A stretch of DNA of 64,000 bases from an uncultured bacterium (GCA_964549305.1 CAZJVM010000001.1:1-64000), one strand, 5' to 3'. Shown: positions 9,142 through 20,724, numbered from the stretch's first letter. Made by a program: numbers and translations. The notes: generated by a model from the letters alone, not told the origin.

Positions 9142-10326
9142 CTACGTTGATTGTTTGCTCATCTGTTTGAAGTATTTAAAACAGAAGGACGCATAGATTG
9201 AAAGGAGGGTGCGGACTTTCCTGAAATAATCCTCAGCATGAGACTGCGACGGTTTGTCTTCGGAAAGAAGTTTGTTAATTTGCCTCAGAAGGGTGAGTGT
9301 GTCGAGGGAGGACGATTTAAGTAGTGAGATGTCGCTGTCTGAAAGTTTTTCATCAAGTATCAATCCGTATTTTTTATCCATTTCAAAGAGTGATTCCGTA
9401 AAGGCGCGCACCTTTTCCGTTTCCCACGCTTTTTTGCCTATTTGCCAGTATATCTGCCTGTTTTCGATTCCTATGGAAAGCAGTCTCATCTCCCTGATAT
9501 TTTTCCTGAATTCGTAATAATCCTTATTACCGATTCTTCCCGAACTCCTTTTTGATTTTTTGCCATTGTAATCAACTTTGGAAGAAATTCTCCTGCCGAA
9601 TAAGTATTCAAGGAATAATTCGTTTGCCGCGGGATAATCGGGATGCTCCATATGGGTGCTGAAAAAAAATATCATTCCTCTGTTTAAATTTCTTTTTCCC
9701 GCAAGTATCGCTCCGTTGCAGGTTTCTTCAGCGAGTTTCTCATTTACCAAAAACATTGTTTTTCCCGTAAAACCGTTGAACAGAGCGAGAGGAGTTATGG
9801 ATTTGTCGTCTTTAATCAGCGGTCCTCCGTAAATAGGCGAAAGCAATTTATTATCTTCCATATTTGTTCCGCCTGAAAGTATTTCCATATTTATTTCCCC
9901 GCGCACCGGATGAAAAATATAACTGCACCCGTAAGAAGTGCTGTATTTGTATTCCATTGCTTTTGCCTTGGGAAGAGATGAGGAGAGGTTGTTGATTTTT
10001 CCAGATGTAAAATTAAAGTGATGAAGAGGTTTTTTTGATGACCTGAGGACGAGGTATGCTCCCGCGCATATTCCCGCGTAAATTCCGCCTTTTGAAATAA
10101 AGTCACTGATGGCGCGTGCTCCCTCTTCTCCCAACGATTCCGCAACGGCAAAACTGTCGCCGCCTGAAACTATGAGAATATCCGAAGCATCGAGAATGCC
10201 ATTTCCGATATCTTTGGAAGATACGAAACTGACTGAGAAAATATTATACTTTTCAAAAAGTTTAATCAGCCAGATAAAAGAGTGTGACGCTCCTTCATCG
10301 GTATATATTGAAATTCTTTTTTCCAT
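9142..10326 (-). CDS. BPL_N / class I glutamine amidotransferase-like protein
   Basis: ISIYTDEGAS start, ILIVSGGD, nucleophile elbow GICAGAY, YGGP, STHME; no biotin ligase catalytic domain; helical C-terminal extension. Confidence 0.75.
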   Translation of the reverse strand: MEKRISIYTDEGASHSFIWLIKLFEKYNIFSVSFVSSKDIGNGILDASDILIVSGGDSFAVAESLGEEGARAISDFISKGGIYAGICAGAYLVLRSSKKPLHHFNFTSGKINNLSSSLPKAKAMEYKYSTSYGCSYIFHPVRGEINMEILSGGTNMEDNKLLSPIYGGPLIKDDKSITPLALFNGFTGKTMFLVNEKLAEETCNGAILAGKRNLNRGMIFFFSTHMEHPDYPAANELFLEYLFGRRISSKVDYNGKKSKRSSGRIGNKDYYEFRKNIREMRLLSIGIENRQIYWQIGKKAWETEKVRAFTESLFEMDKKYGLILDEKLSDSDISLLKSSSLDTLTLLRQINKLLSEDKPSQSHAEDYFRKVRTLLSIYASFCFKYFKQMSKQST

Positions 10327-10443
10327 TTAATCAAGAAAATGCTTTAATCAAAGCCGGATTTATTATATAAATTTGATGAAACAAGGCAATTTTAAAGCAG
10401 TTCATTAATTCATTCATATAAGAGAAAAAGCTTATATTTCGTT

Positions 10444-11520
10444 ATGGAACTTAAAATCGAAGAACTCAGGAAAAAAATAGATTCCATCGATTCCCGTATT
10501 TTGAAGCTTTTAAGCCAGCGCGGAACGATAGCAAAAAAAATCGGTGAAATAAAGAAAAAGAACGGAACCAAAATTCATGTCCCTCATCGCGAAGAGGAAG
10601 TGTTAAAGAAAATAGAAAGGGAAAACAGCGGGCCTTTTCCTACGGCAGTAATGAAAGGTCTGTTTAAGGAAATAATATCCTCCACGCGCTCACTTGAAGA
10701 ACCGCTTACCGTATCCTGTCTCGGACCTTTGGCTTCATTTTCCCATTTGGCTTCAATAAAGCAATTCGGAAAATCAGCCAATGTGCTCACAAAACCTTTT
10801 TTCAAGGATGTCTTCGATGATGTGGAAAAAGATGTGTCTTCTTATGGCGTTGTGCCCATCGAAAATTCTTATGAGGGTACCGTCAACGAAACTCTGGACC
10901 TTTTCCTTGATTACTCACTCAAGATTACGGGGGAATTGTTTTTAAGGATAAATCATAATCTTATGAATATTTCAGGCAAGGCAAAGGAAATAAAGACCAT
11001 AGTAAGTCATCCACAAGCACTCGGGCAGTGCAGGGAATGGCTTGCCAAGAATATGCCGGGCGTAAATGTGGAGGTAGTTTCGAGTTCCTCAATGGCGGCA
11101 AAAATAGCGTCACAGGACCGCAGAAAAGCCGCGATAGCGAGCAAAACGGCTATTGATATCTACGGTCTTAAAAGTGTATCGGAGCACATAGAAGACAGCG
11201 TCAACAATTTTACCCGATTTCTCGTATTGGGGAAAAACAGCAACTCTAAGTCCGGGAAAGATAAAACATCGATTATATTTGCGGTAAATGATAAGGCAGG
11301 CGCTCTTCACGATGCTCTTTCTTTTTTTTCAGAGAGCAGATTAAGCCTTACAAAGATAGAGTCGAGGCCGTCCAAAAAAAAACCGTGGGAGTATATATTC
11401 TACATTGATTTTATAGGCCATGTTGAAGATCGTTCAGCCAAGAAGGCCCTTTCACGCCTTGAAAGCAACTGTCTTTTCCTCAATATTCTCGGCTCATATC
11501 CGCGGGGCACTCTTGACTAA
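10444..11520 (+). CDS. pheA: Chorismate mutase / prephenate dehydratase (P-protein)
   Basis: N-terminal CM (LRKKIDSIDSRILKLLSQR); GVVPIENSYEG, SHPQALGQC, NFTRFLVLG; ACT domain LTKIESRP. Confidence 0.95.
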   Translation: MELKIEELRKKIDSIDSRILKLLSQRGTIAKKIGEIKKKNGTKIHVPHREEEVLKKIERENSGPFPTAVMKGLFKEIISSTRSLEEPLTVSCLGPLASFSHLASIKQFGKSANVLTKPFFKDVFDDVEKDVSSYGVVPIENSYEGTVNETLDLFLDYSLKITGELFLRINHNLMNISGKAKEIKTIVSHPQALGQCREWLAKNMPGVNVEVVSSSSMAAKIASQDRRKAAIASKTAIDIYGLKSVSEHIEDSVNNFTRFLVLGKNSNSKSGKDKTSIIFAVNDKAGALHDALSFFSESRLSLTKIESRPSKKKPWEYIFYIDFIGHVEDRSAKKALSRLESNCLFLNILGSYPRGTLD

Positions 11521-11523
11521 GAA

Positions 11524-12174
11524 ATGAACCTCTCATATTCAATCGTAAGCTATATGGCTTTGCTGCTTTCCATTTCGGTCCACGAATGTTCCCACGCATG
11601 GAGCGCCAATTACTTCGGTGATGAAACTGCAAAAAGAATGGGGCGCCTGACCATCAATCCCATACCGCATATCGACCCCTTCGGGACGCTTTTGTTTCCT
11701 ATGCTCATGATTTTTTCGGGCAGCGGGTTTCTTATCGGATGGGCAAAACCGGTTCCGGTTGATTTGAGAAATCTCAAAAATCCGAGAAAAGACAACCTCT
11801 GGATATCATTTGCGGGACCTTTGAGCAATCTTGCTCTCGCGGGTATATTTGCCCTACTTTTTCATACTATCATAAGATTTACTAATGACCCGTTGTCGTC
11901 TGCTCAGACATCGGTTATCGAACCTTTCATCATTTTTGTCTATATGAGCATCCGCATCAATGTTATTCTTGCCATATTCAATATGATACCGGTTTTTCCT
12001 CTTGACGGAAGCGGAGTGATTTCAGGGCTTTTACCCTATGACAAAGCGGTCGCTTTTGAGAGGATGAGGCCATACGGTTTTTTGATACTTATGATTCTTC
12101 TCTTTACAAATATCCTTGGTGTTATTATTACGCCTGTGAGCAATGTGATTTTTTCGTTGCTCGGTGTGGGATAA
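11524..12174 (+). CDS. Site-2 protease family (M50) membrane metalloprotease
   Basis: HECSH zinc motif, AGPLSN, FNMIPVFPLDG. Confidence 0.92.
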   Translation: MNLSYSIVSYMALLLSISVHECSHAWSANYFGDETAKRMGRLTINPIPHIDPFGTLLFPMLMIFSGSGFLIGWAKPVPVDLRNLKNPRKDNLWISFAGPLSNLALAGIFALLFHTIIRFTNDPLSSAQTSVIEPFIIFVYMSIRINVILAIFNMIPVFPLDGSGVISGLLPYDKAVAFERMRPYGFLILMILLFTNILGVIITPVSNVIFSLLGVG

Positions 12175-12191
12175 AATAACGGAGCGATTAA

Positions 12192-13187
12192 ATGAGTGGG
12201 AAAAAAAGACGGGTATTAAGCGGAATGAGGCCAACGGGTCCTCTTCATCTCGGACACTACATAGGCGTCCTTGAAAACTGGAAAGCAATGCAAAGTGAAA
12301 ACGAGTGTTTTTTCTTTGTTGCAGACTGGCACGCATTGACAACTGAATATCAGGATGCTTCGAATATAAGAAAATATTCCGAAGATATTGTTATTGACTG
12401 GCTCGCTTCGGGAGTAAATCCGGATGAGTGCACAATATTCGTTCAGTCCGATGTGCTCGAACATTCCGAACTTCATTTGCTTTTATCTATGATTATACCA
12501 ATTCCATGGCTTGAAAGGGTTCCATCCTACAAGGAAACCAGAATGAATCTAAAGAACAGGGATCTCTCTACATACGGTTTTTTGGGATATCCTCTTCTAC
12601 AGTCGGCGGACATTCTGATGTATTCTGCGGATGTGGTTCCCGTGGGAGTCGACCAGGTTCCTCATATCGAGCTTGCGAGGGAGGTGGCAAGAAGATTCAA
12701 CCATATATACGGTAAGGATGTTTTTACCGAGCCTCAGCCGCTATTGACATCTACGCCAAAACTTCCCGGGACTGACGGAAGAAAGATGAGTAAAAGTTTT
12801 GACAACTGCATTTACCTCTCCGATAAAATTGAAACCGTGGAGAAAAAACTGAAGACGATGACAACCGATCCGCAGAGGATAAAAAGGAACGATGCGGGCA
12901 ACCCTGATGTGTGCCCTGTTTATGATTATCAAAAGGTATTTTCTTCAAAGGATGAAGTCGAAACTGTTTCACAGGGATGCAGAGGAGCTGATATAGGCTG
13001 TGTGGACTGTAAAAAAATTCTCACAGGAAATATAAGGGAATTTTTCGTCACATATTCACAGGCGCGGGAAAAAATAGCGAAGCATCGCGATTATGCGATT
13101 GACGTTCTTGAAAAGGGCAGAAAGAAAGCGTCTGAAGAAGCATCTGTTATGATGGAAAAAGTAAGGAAAAGTATGAAGCTGAGGTAA
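12192..13187 (+). CDS. trpS: Tryptophan--tRNA ligase
   Basis: SGMRPTGPLHLGH (HIGH motif), YPLLQSADIL, VPVGVDQVPH, KMSKS. Confidence 0.97.
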   Translation: MSGKKRRVLSGMRPTGPLHLGHYIGVLENWKAMQSENECFFFVADWHALTTEYQDASNIRKYSEDIVIDWLASGVNPDECTIFVQSDVLEHSELHLLLSMIIPIPWLERVPSYKETRMNLKNRDLSTYGFLGYPLLQSADILMYSADVVPVGVDQVPHIELAREVARRFNHIYGKDVFTEPQPLLTSTPKLPGTDGRKMSKSFDNCIYLSDKIETVEKKLKTMTTDPQRIKRNDAGNPDVCPVYDYQKVFSSKDEVETVSQGCRGADIGCVDCKKILTGNIREFFVTYSQAREKIAKHRDYAIDVLEKGRKKASEEASVMMEKVRKSMKLR

Positions 13188-13196
13188 CCTTATGCT

Positions 13197-16100
13197 ATGG
13201 ATAAGATATTTTCAAAAAAAGTTAAGAGAATCAGAAATATCTTCAATGCAGAGATAGGGGATAATAATGAAATATCAGGATTAACCGGTTCATCCTCAGC
13301 ATTTCTGCTTTCGCAATTTCTAAACCGTGACAGTCAGACCTTTTTTATCGCATCGACTCCCGAGAAGGCCAAAATTCTTTATGGGAACCTGGTTTTTTTC
13401 AGGCAAAATTTCAGTAATCAAAAAGATTCAGACGAAAGCGAAAATATTTATTACCTTCCTCCGAGAGACACTGCTTTGTATGATGAGCTCTCTCCCGACC
13501 ATGAAATAACTTCTCAAAGAATATATTGTCTTCTTAAAATGATGAGTTCTCCCGGGATATTCATAACTGTTCCGGAATGCCTGACGACCTATTTGATGCC
13601 TAAAGAATTTCTCGAAAACAAGCGCAAAGACATAGATTCGGGAGATATGATTGACCGCGAGGAATTCGCCCGTTATCTCTTTGAGTCAGGATATGTGCGC
13701 AGTGAATTTGTGGAACAGAGAGGGGAATTTAGCGTCAGAGGAGGAATTATAGATTTTTTCCCCGGTTATTATGACCATCCGGTGCGAATAGAACTTTCAG
13801 GTGATGAGGTCGTTTCCATAAGGGAATTTGACCCTTTTTCCCAACGGTCTGTCAAAAAGCTTTTAAGTGCCTCGGTATTTCCCGTGAGAGAAGTAGCGTA
13901 TGGTGATGACAGAGAATCCCTGCTTGAAAAATATTCGGACCGATTTGGCGACCTGACAAAACATCCGAAAGCGAAAAGAATCAGAGAAAAAATCGAGGAG
14001 GGGGAATATTTTCCCGGTATCGAAAACTATCTTCCTCTCTTTTATTCTGAAAAGAGCTCATTGTTCGACTATATGCAGAAGGATGCTCTTATCGTAACAG
14101 ATGAGAAAGACTCCCTTTTGGAAAAAATATACGAGGCATACAATGATTATGAAAATATCCGGAAAGAATCCGGCATAGGCGACGCGCCCACATTACCTGT
14201 GGAATCTCTTTGTCTTGACAGTGAAGGGGTAAAGAAACAACTCTCCCGGTTCAGGCAGGCAAATATTTCCTTCCTCGCATCTTCAGATGCGAGTGTTTGT
14301 TTGGATATAAAGAGCACTGATTATCTTCATATTGATATAAATCTTCGCTCGGACCGTTTTTTTTCCGTTGCCTCTGAATTAAAAAAGAAAAGGGATGAGG
14401 GATACCGTGTTTATATTGCCGCGGCATCAAAACCGCGCGCGGAAAGACTGATTAAGATGTTTATGGATTATGAACTTTCCACGGGCATTTTTAAAAACAG
14501 GGAAGTTGACCTGTTAGAGGGAATAACGAAATCTCCCACTCCTCCCCGAATTGTAGTAGGCAGTCTTTCGGACGGATTTGTCATTGATGACCTGAAACTC
14601 ATCTTTGTGACGGAAAAGGATATTTTTGGAAAAAAATCGGATGTCTACCGTAAAAAGGTGGTTACACGAATCAAGTATTCCTCGACTTTCGAAAGTCTTA
14701 AAAGGGGTGATTATGTTGTTCATACCGATTACGGAATAGGCAAGTTTTCCGGACTTGAAAGTATGGCGTCTGATGGCAGGCAAATTGATTTTCTTGTCGT
14801 CACATATCAGGAAGGAGAGAAGGTTTATGTGCCTTCCGACAGTTTTGGGCTTGTGCAGAGGTATATAGGCGCAAGCGGTTCGAAACCCGTCATTGACAAA
14901 CTTGGAACGCAGAACTGGAAAAAAAGGAAGGAAAGGGCGAAAAAAGCTATTGCCACAATAGCGCAGGAACTTGTGGAACTTTATGCCTTGAGGCAAACAT
15001 CCAGGGGGTATTCTTTTTCGACTGATGATAACTGGATAAGGGAATTCGAATCAAAATTTGAATATGAGGAAACCCCCCATCAGATTAGGGCAATAGAGGA
15101 TATAAAAGCGGATATGGAGTCAGCAAGACCGATGGACAGACTCGTTTGCGGTGATGTGGGATACGGAAAAACAGAGGTGGCAATGCGCTCCGCTTTCAAG
15201 GCAATACTGGACACGAAACAGATTGCCGTACTTGTCCCTACCACTATTCTTGCTCATCAGCATTATAAAACTTTTATGGAAAGATTCTCCGGATTTCCCG
15301 TAAGAATCGAAATGCTTTCAAGGTTCATACCGAAGAGGAAGCAAAAAGAGATTATTGATGATGTAGAGTCCGGGAAAGTGGATATCGTAATAGGTACTCA
15401 TTCGCTTGTCATTAATAAAATGAGGTTCAAAGACCTCGGGCTTCTTGTCATTGACGAAGAGCACCGTTTTGGCGTGAAACATAAGGAGAGACTTAAAAGA
15501 ATTAAAAAGGATGTCGATGTGCTTACGTTGACGGCGACGCCTATTCCGAGAACGCTTCAATTTTCAATGATGGGTATAAGAGATATGAGCGTAATAGAAA
15601 CTCCTCCCGAAGAGAGATTGCCCGTGAAGACATTTGTTTCAACCTTCAGTAAAAATATCATTAAAAAAGCTATACTTGCTGAAAAGGAAAGAGGGGGACA
15701 GATTTATTTTGTTCACAACCGGGTGCAAAGTATTCCGGCAATTTACCAGTTTCTCGAAAAACTCATTCCGGAAGTGAAAATAGGGATTGCCCACGGACAG
15801 ATGAAACCCTCGGAGCTTGAAGAGATAATGATACGCTTTGTAAACAAGGAATATGACCTTCTTCTTTCAACGACCATTATCGAGTCGGGCATAGATATTC
15901 CATCGGTAAATACGATAATAATCAACAGGGCGGACAAGCTTGGATTGGCGCAGTTGTATCAGCTAAGAGGGAGGGTAGGCAGAAGCAGAGAACAATCATA
16001 CGCATATATACTCGTTCCTGCGGATAAATCTCTCACGGAAGTGGCAAGGAAGCGGCTTTCCGTTATAGAAGAATTGTCCGAACTCGGGTCAGGTTTTAAA

Positions 16101-16679
16101 GTGTCAATGCATGACCTTGAAATCAGGGGAGGCGGAAATATACTCGGAGAAGCACAATCGGGACAAATAGCCGCAATCGGATATGAACTTTACTGCAAGC
16201 TGATAAAAGAGACAATAGGTGAAATAAAGGGGAAGGAACAAAAGACTACTCAGTGCAAAGTGGATTTGAAAACCGATGCCCTTATCCCCGATACATTTAT
16301 CGATGATTCGATGAAAAGAATATCAGCATACAGAAGAATATCGGAAGCGACTGAGTTAGATGAGCTTGATGAACTGAGAAATGAATTTACCGATAAATAC
16401 GGCCCTTTGCCGTTGTCATTTGAAAAGCTTTTGTTGATATCTCAATTGAGAATAGGAGCTCAGAAAAAATTCATCGAGTCAGTGAGCGAAGCGCCGCAGG
16501 GGCTGGTTTTTCGCTTCGCCGGTAATTTTAAAGCGTCCGAATCGTTTCTCAGTAAACTTCTTTCAACTGACAGATATGAGGTGAAGTTTACGGATGATAA
16601 TTCTATATTTCTTAAATCCGGGGATAAAAGCGCTGATAAAGCTAGTCTTGCTCTGGAGTTTGTGGAGTTTGTGGGTTAG
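13197..16679 (+). CDS. mfd: Transcription-repair coupling factor
   Basis: UvrB-like module ([11 protein letters not shown]), RID ([12 protein letters not shown]), [46 protein letters not shown]. Confidence 0.97.
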   Translation: MDKIFSKKVKRIRNIFNAEIGDNNEISGLTGSSSAFLLSQFLNRDSQTFFIASTPEKAKILYGNLVFFRQNFSNQKDSDESENIYYLPPRDTALYDELSPDHEITSQRIYCLLKMMSSPGIFITVPECLTTYLMPKEFLENKRKDIDSGDMIDREEFARYLFESGYVRSEFVEQRGEFSVRGGIIDFFPGYYDHPVRIELSGDEVVSIREFDPFSQRSVKKLLSASVFPVREVAYGDDRESLLEKYSDRFGDLTKHPKAKRIREKIEEGEYFPGIENYLPLFYSEKSSLFDYMQKDALIVTDEKDSLLEKIYEAYNDYENIRKESGIGDAPTLPVESLCLDSEGVKKQLSRFRQANISFLASSDASVCLDIKSTDYLHIDINLRSDRFFSVASELKKKRDEGYRVYIAAASKPRAERLIKMFMDYELSTGIFKNREVDLLEGITKSPTPPRIVVGSLSDGFVIDDLKLIFVTEKDIFGKKSDVYRKKVVTRIKYSSTFESLKRGDYVVHTDYGIGKFSGLESMASDGRQIDFLVVTYQEGEKVYVPSDSFGLVQRYIGASGSKPVIDKLGTQNWKKRKERAKKAIATIAQELVELYALRQTSRGYSFSTDDNWIREFESKFEYEETPHQIRAIEDIKADMESARPMDRLVCGDVGYGKTEVAMRSAFKAILDTKQIAVLVPTTILAHQHYKTFMERFSGFPVRIEMLSRFIPKRKQKEIIDDVESGKVDIVIGTHSLVINKMRFKDLGLLVIDEEHRFGVKHKERLKRIKKDVDVLTLTATPIPRTLQFSMMGIRDMSVIETPPEERLPVKTFVSTFSKNIIKKAILAEKERGGQIYFVHNRVQSIPAIYQFLEKLIPEVKIGIAHGQMKPSELEEIMIRFVNKEYDLLLSTTIIESGIDIPSVNTIIINRADKLGLAQLYQLRGRVGRSREQSYAYILVPADKSLTEVARKRLSVIEELSELGSGFKVSMHDLEIRGGGNILGEAQSGQIAAIGYELYCKLIKETIGEIKGKEQKTTQCKVDLKTDALIPDTFIDDSMKRISAYRRISEATELDELDELRNEFTDKYGPLPLSFEKLLLISQLRIGAQKKFIESVSEAPQGLVFRFAGNFKASESFLSKLLSTDRYEVKFTDDNSIFLKSGDKSADKASLALEFVEFVG

Positions 16680-16685
16680 AGGATA

Positions 16686-19040
16686 TTATATGGACAAATG
16701 ATGTCCTGATTCCATGAAGAAATTATTGACGACTTCAGTAAGGTCCAGGATATTGAAAGGTTTGGGCAGACAAGTGCTCTTTGTCTCTTCTATAAATTTT
16801 TTTGTTTTTGGGTCATAAGTGTCGCCCGTCGTAAAAATCACCTTTTTCTCGATACCGTTTTTCTTGCTCCGCAGGGTGTTATATAGGGTAAATCCGTCGA
16901 CTCCGGGCATTCTCAGGTCTGATATTATCAGGTCGTAAGAGTCATTGTTGATTTTATCAAGGGCAGTTTTTCCGTTGTCTGCCGATTCCACTTGATGATT
17001 TTTATTCAATATGGATATCATAAGCTCTCTAATCATTGTATCATCGTCGATAACGAGAATTCTTTTCCTGTCATTCGTTTGATCGGTTGTTTCTTTTCTC
17101 GGTGTTTTATCTTCTCCTGCTTCCGGAACTTCCAAGAGGGGTAACTTGATTGTAAATTCAGTTTTGCTGAAAGGTGTGCTTTCCACGTGTATTGTGCCTT
17201 TATGGTTGTTGATGATGCCGTAACATACGCTCAAGCCGAGCCCGGTGCCGATAGAAGGCTCTTTCGTGGTAAAAAAAGGATCGAAAATTCTCTTCAGGTT
17301 CTTTTCCTGTATGCCCGGTCCGTTATCGCTTATTGTGAGCAGTACGTGTCCGCCCTTATTTACCGAAGTAACGGATATTGTTCCTTCGCTTCCCATCAAT
17401 GACTGAAAAGCGTTGTTAATCATATTGATTATTACCTGTTCGACCTGTGTTTCGTCTGCCATTGTGTTTGGCAGGTTATCACACAAGTCGACTGTAAGAT
17501 TAATGTCACTTGTGTCAATCTTGTATTTGAAAAGCTTTGTCACTCTTGTAACTATTTCATTTATATTGACTGATTTAAACTGCGGTTTATTATGCCTCGC
17601 GAAACCGAGAAGAGAATGAATGATATTTTTCGCCCCTTTTGCGCTCAATTCGATTTTTGAAATCATTTCAGACAAGTCGCCGCTTACGTTCATTTCATTA
17701 ATAATCTGCGCATATCCTAAAATAGGAGCAAGTTTATTGTTGAGCTCGTGCGTAATTCCGGAAATCATTCCGCCGAGAGACGCGAGTTTCTCAGAATGTA
17801 AAAGCTGTTCTTCAAGCTTCTTTCTTTCGGTTATATCTTTTATAAGAAGGACATTGCCAATAATAGGATTTCCGCTTTTGTCCCGCGGTACGGAGAGGGA
17901 AACGAGCACAGGGAATGATTTTCCTTTTTTATTCAAAAGGTTTTCTTCAATGCTTCGAATTGTTATATTGTCATCTCCGGACAACCTTTTTCTGAGTAAG
18001 CTTGCTTCGTTTCCGTTGCTTGCCGATGTGTCCGTGTTTTTTCCGTTTCCCTTTTCGGGGAGTATCATAAAAATACTTTTGCCGATAGCTTCAGCAGAGG
18101 AGTAACCGAATATATTTTCTGCTCCCTTATTCCAGTAAATGATTGAATTGTCGGAATTTGCCGTTACAACGGCATCATCGAGACTTTCTATTGTTGATTC
18201 TATATAATCGCGCAGATAGTCAATAAGCTCGTCTCTTTGTTGTTGAACTGAAATGTCCTTCAGCATCAGGGCAAATCCCTCTACTTCCGCTGACTTGGAA
18301 TGGATAATCGAAGATCTCAATTCAACAGGCACAATATCTCCGCTTCGCACTTTTAGCTTGATTTTAACGGGGAGAGAAACCTCTTTTCTTTTTATGAAAA
18401 AGAAGTTTTTTGCGAATTCTTCAGGGCTGTCGTTTGTAAGAATGCTCAGGTGTTTTCTCAAAATCTCCGCGGGATTGTATCCCGTAAGATTCTTTGAATA
18501 ATCGTTTGCAAACTGTATAACGCCAGAATTGTCTATAATGAGAAAAGCTTCCGGGAATTTAGAGATGATTTCTTCGTACTTGTCAATATGGTATTCGCCG
18601 CCTTCCTCTGCCAAATCAGCTTTCTTTGATACTGTTTTTTTCTGTTGATGCCTTGATTTTGGAACACTATTAAGCTCTTTGATTTTTTTAATATTCTTGA
18701 GGTCAAAACAGATACTTGTTTTACCGTCTTTTCCAGATGCTTTTTTTGAATAACAGATAAAGTTAAGCTCTACAAGACTGCCGTCTTCGAGCATTCGCTG
18801 ACTTTGTATGATTTTCTCTTCATCTGTTTTTAAAATCGAGTTTTTTGCTTCAATGAAATTATTGAATATTTTTTCCGGAATAAGAGGCAGGTAAGAATAG
18901 AGAATATCCTCTTTCTCATAACCGAAGATGCCTTCCGCTAAATCCGACCATCTGGTTACTTTTCCGGAAATGTCGATTTCAAGAAGAAACTTATTATTCT
19001 TTAAATTCTTCTCAATTTCATTTATTAATGAAGTTTTCAT
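16686..19040 (-). CDS. Cytoplasmic hybrid sensor histidine kinase (about 3 PAS, HisKA, HATPase, REC)
   Basis: PAS motifs (YWNKGAENIFGYS, FANDYSKNLTGY); H-box THELNNKL; N/G1/F/G2 boxes (INNA, DNGPGI, FDPFFTTK, GTGLGL); REC ILVIDDD...SDLRMP...KPF; no TM segment seen. Start ATG 19040 or TTG 19049. Confidence 0.92.
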   Translation of the reverse strand: MKTSLINEIEKNLKNNKFLLEIDISGKVTRWSDLAEGIFGYEKEDILYSYLPLIPEKIFNNFIEAKNSILKTDEEKIIQSQRMLEDGSLVELNFICYSKKASGKDGKTSICFDLKNIKKIKELNSVPKSRHQQKKTVSKKADLAEEGGEYHIDKYEEIISKFPEAFLIIDNSGVIQFANDYSKNLTGYNPAEILRKHLSILTNDSPEEFAKNFFFIKRKEVSLPVKIKLKVRSGDIVPVELRSSIIHSKSAEVEGFALMLKDISVQQQRDELIDYLRDYIESTIESLDDAVVTANSDNSIIYWNKGAENIFGYSSAEAIGKSIFMILPEKGNGKNTDTSASNGNEASLLRKRLSGDDNITIRSIEENLLNKKGKSFPVLVSLSVPRDKSGNPIIGNVLLIKDITERKKLEEQLLHSEKLASLGGMISGITHELNNKLAPILGYAQIINEMNVSGDLSEMISKIELSAKGAKNIIHSLLGFARHNKPQFKSVNINEIVTRVTKLFKYKIDTSDINLTVDLCDNLPNTMADETQVEQVIINMINNAFQSLMGSEGTISVTSVNKGGHVLLTISDNGPGIQEKNLKRIFDPFFTTKEPSIGTGLGLSVCYGIINNHKGTIHVESTPFSKTEFTIKLPLLEVPEAGEDKTPRKETTDQTNDRKRILVIDDDTMIRELMISILNKNHQVESADNGKTALDKINNDSYDLIISDLRMPGVDGFTLYNTLRSKKNGIEKKVIFTTGDTYDPKTKKFIEETKSTCLPKPFNILDLTEVVNNFFMESGHHLSI

Positions 19041-19061
19041 TGGCGTCAAAAGGTTTTAACT

Positions 19062-19070
19062 TGCTATAAT
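19062..19070 (+). promoter_or_regulatory. Extended -10 sigma70 promoter for the sigma54 activator gene
   Basis: TG-C-TATAAT, about 68 nt upstream of ATG 19138. Confidence 0.55.
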
Positions 19071-19137
19071 ATATATATTTATTTTACTATGTCCAACGAA
19101 AAGTAACAAACAATATCCATTCACTAATCGGACAATC

Positions 19138-20520
19138 ATGGAAGAAAAAAAGATTTTAGTTGTCGATGACGAAAAAGATATTCTTTCAATGATGTCAAAA
19201 TTTCTCACCGAAAAGGGTTATCTCGTTTTTCAGGCGGATTGCCACAAAAAAGCACTCGAAATTGTCAAAAAAGAAGATATAGACCTTGCAATAATAGACC
19301 TCGTTATGCCTCAGACAAACGGAATTACCGTGTTGAAGGAGCTACACCAGATAAATAGCAGTCTTATCGGTGTGATTGTGACAGGATTTGCTACAATTGA
19401 TTCGGCAGTGGAGGCAATGAAATCAGGCGCTTTTGATTATCTTCAAAAACCCTTCAACCTTGAAGAACTTTTGATGGTCATAAACAAAGCTCTTAAATTC
19501 AGAGAGCTTGAAGGGGAAAATATCTTTCTGAAATCTCAGCTTAAAAGGAAATACAAATTTGACAACTTTGTGGGGTCAAGCGAACCAATGCTTGAAGTTT
19601 TTAAAATTATTGAAACAGTCGCAAATACTGACAGTACGGTATTGATTTTTGGTGAAAGCGGAACAGGCAAGGAGGTCGTGGCAAAATCCATACATTACAA
19701 TTCAGGAAGAAGAAATAACTATCTCGTACCTGTCAACTGCGGCGCAATTCCCGAAGACTTGCTTGAAACGGAGTTATTCGGACATGTTAAGGGAGCTTTT
19801 ACCGGAGCCGTAAATACGAGAGTCGGTCGTTTTGAGTTCGCTTCGGGAGGAACTATATTTCTTGATGAAATTGGAGATATGTCATTGAGCCTGCAGGTAA
19901 AGTTGCTTCGGGTTCTTCAGGAGAAAGAATTCACACCGGTGGGAGGATCCGCGCCCGTTAAGGTAGATGTGAGAGTGATTGCCGCAACAAATCAGAACCT
20001 TGAAAAGGCAGTGGAAGAGAAAAAATTTCGTGAAGACCTTTTCTACAGACTCAATGTCATCCCCCTGCAACTTCCTCCTTTGCGCGAAAGGAAAAGTGAT
20101 ATACCCCTGCTCGTGGATTATTTTATCAGTCAGATGAAAAAAGAGAAAAAGGTGAGAGTCAAAGAGGTGTCAGATGATGTTATGCAAACCTTTATCGATT
20201 ATGACTGGCCCGGAAATGTGAGGGAATTGGAGAACCTCATAGAGAGAATGATGATATTTAGCGGAGACAAAGACCGTCTCACGGCAATTGATTTACCCGA
20301 TAAATTCAAAAAAAGAAAAACCAAATCCCGTTCCTACCAAATTAGGCTTCCACTGGACGGACTTCCCCTAAAAAATGTCATCGGGCAAATAGAAGACGAC
20401 CTTATTGTGCAGGCATTGGAAAGGACTGGAGGTGTCAAGGAAAAGGCGGCAAAACTTTTAAAACTCAACCGCACCACGCTTGTCCAGAAAATAAAAAAAA
20501 GAAAAATCTCCGGCGGTTAA
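19138..20520 (+). CDS. sigma54-dependent response regulator (REC-AAA+-HTH), FleQ/FlrA-like HTH
   Basis: REC ILVVDDE...IIDLVMP...[51 protein letters not shown]. Confidence 0.93.
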   Translation: MEEKKILVVDDEKDILSMMSKFLTEKGYLVFQADCHKKALEIVKKEDIDLAIIDLVMPQTNGITVLKELHQINSSLIGVIVTGFATIDSAVEAMKSGAFDYLQKPFNLEELLMVINKALKFRELEGENIFLKSQLKRKYKFDNFVGSSEPMLEVFKIIETVANTDSTVLIFGESGTGKEVVAKSIHYNSGRRNNYLVPVNCGAIPEDLLETELFGHVKGAFTGAVNTRVGRFEFASGGTIFLDEIGDMSLSLQVKLLRVLQEKEFTPVGGSAPVKVDVRVIAATNQNLEKAVEEKKFREDLFYRLNVIPLQLPPLRERKSDIPLLVDYFISQMKKEKKVRVKEVSDDVMQTFIDYDWPGNVRELENLIERMMIFSGDKDRLTAIDLPDKFKKRKTKSRSYQIRLPLDGLPLKNVIGQIEDDLIVQALERTGGVKEKAAKLLKLNRTTLVQKIKKRKISGG

Positions 20521-20553
20521 TATTCTTTTTTGAGTGCTCGTTTAATCCCTGAG

Positions 20554-20599
20554 CGTTAAAAAAATAACGCTTTCCATTTGAAACGGCAAAAAATTGCCT
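20554..20599. promoter_or_regulatory. Two tandem 14-bp palindromic enhancer (UAS) boxes
   Basis: GTTAAAAAAATAAC (20555-20568) and GGCAAAAAATTGCC (20585-20598), 30 bp apart, 110-155 bp upstream of a -24/-12 element. Confidence 0.6.
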
Positions 20600-20708
20600 G
20601 TCTATGAGCATATAATTCCTCTTGAAGTAGAAAAATACTTTTCTCTATAAAATTTATCTCATTGATTAATAAGAGAAAAATAAAATTTAGATATATTCCC
20701 CGCGTCTA

Positions 20709-20724
20709 TGGCATATTTCTTGCT
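20709..20724 (+). promoter_or_regulatory. sigma54 (-24/-12) promoter for the flhG-fliA operon
   Basis: TGGCATATTTCTTGCT matches TGGCAYR-N4-TTGCW with exact GG-N10-GC spacing. Confidence 0.85.
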
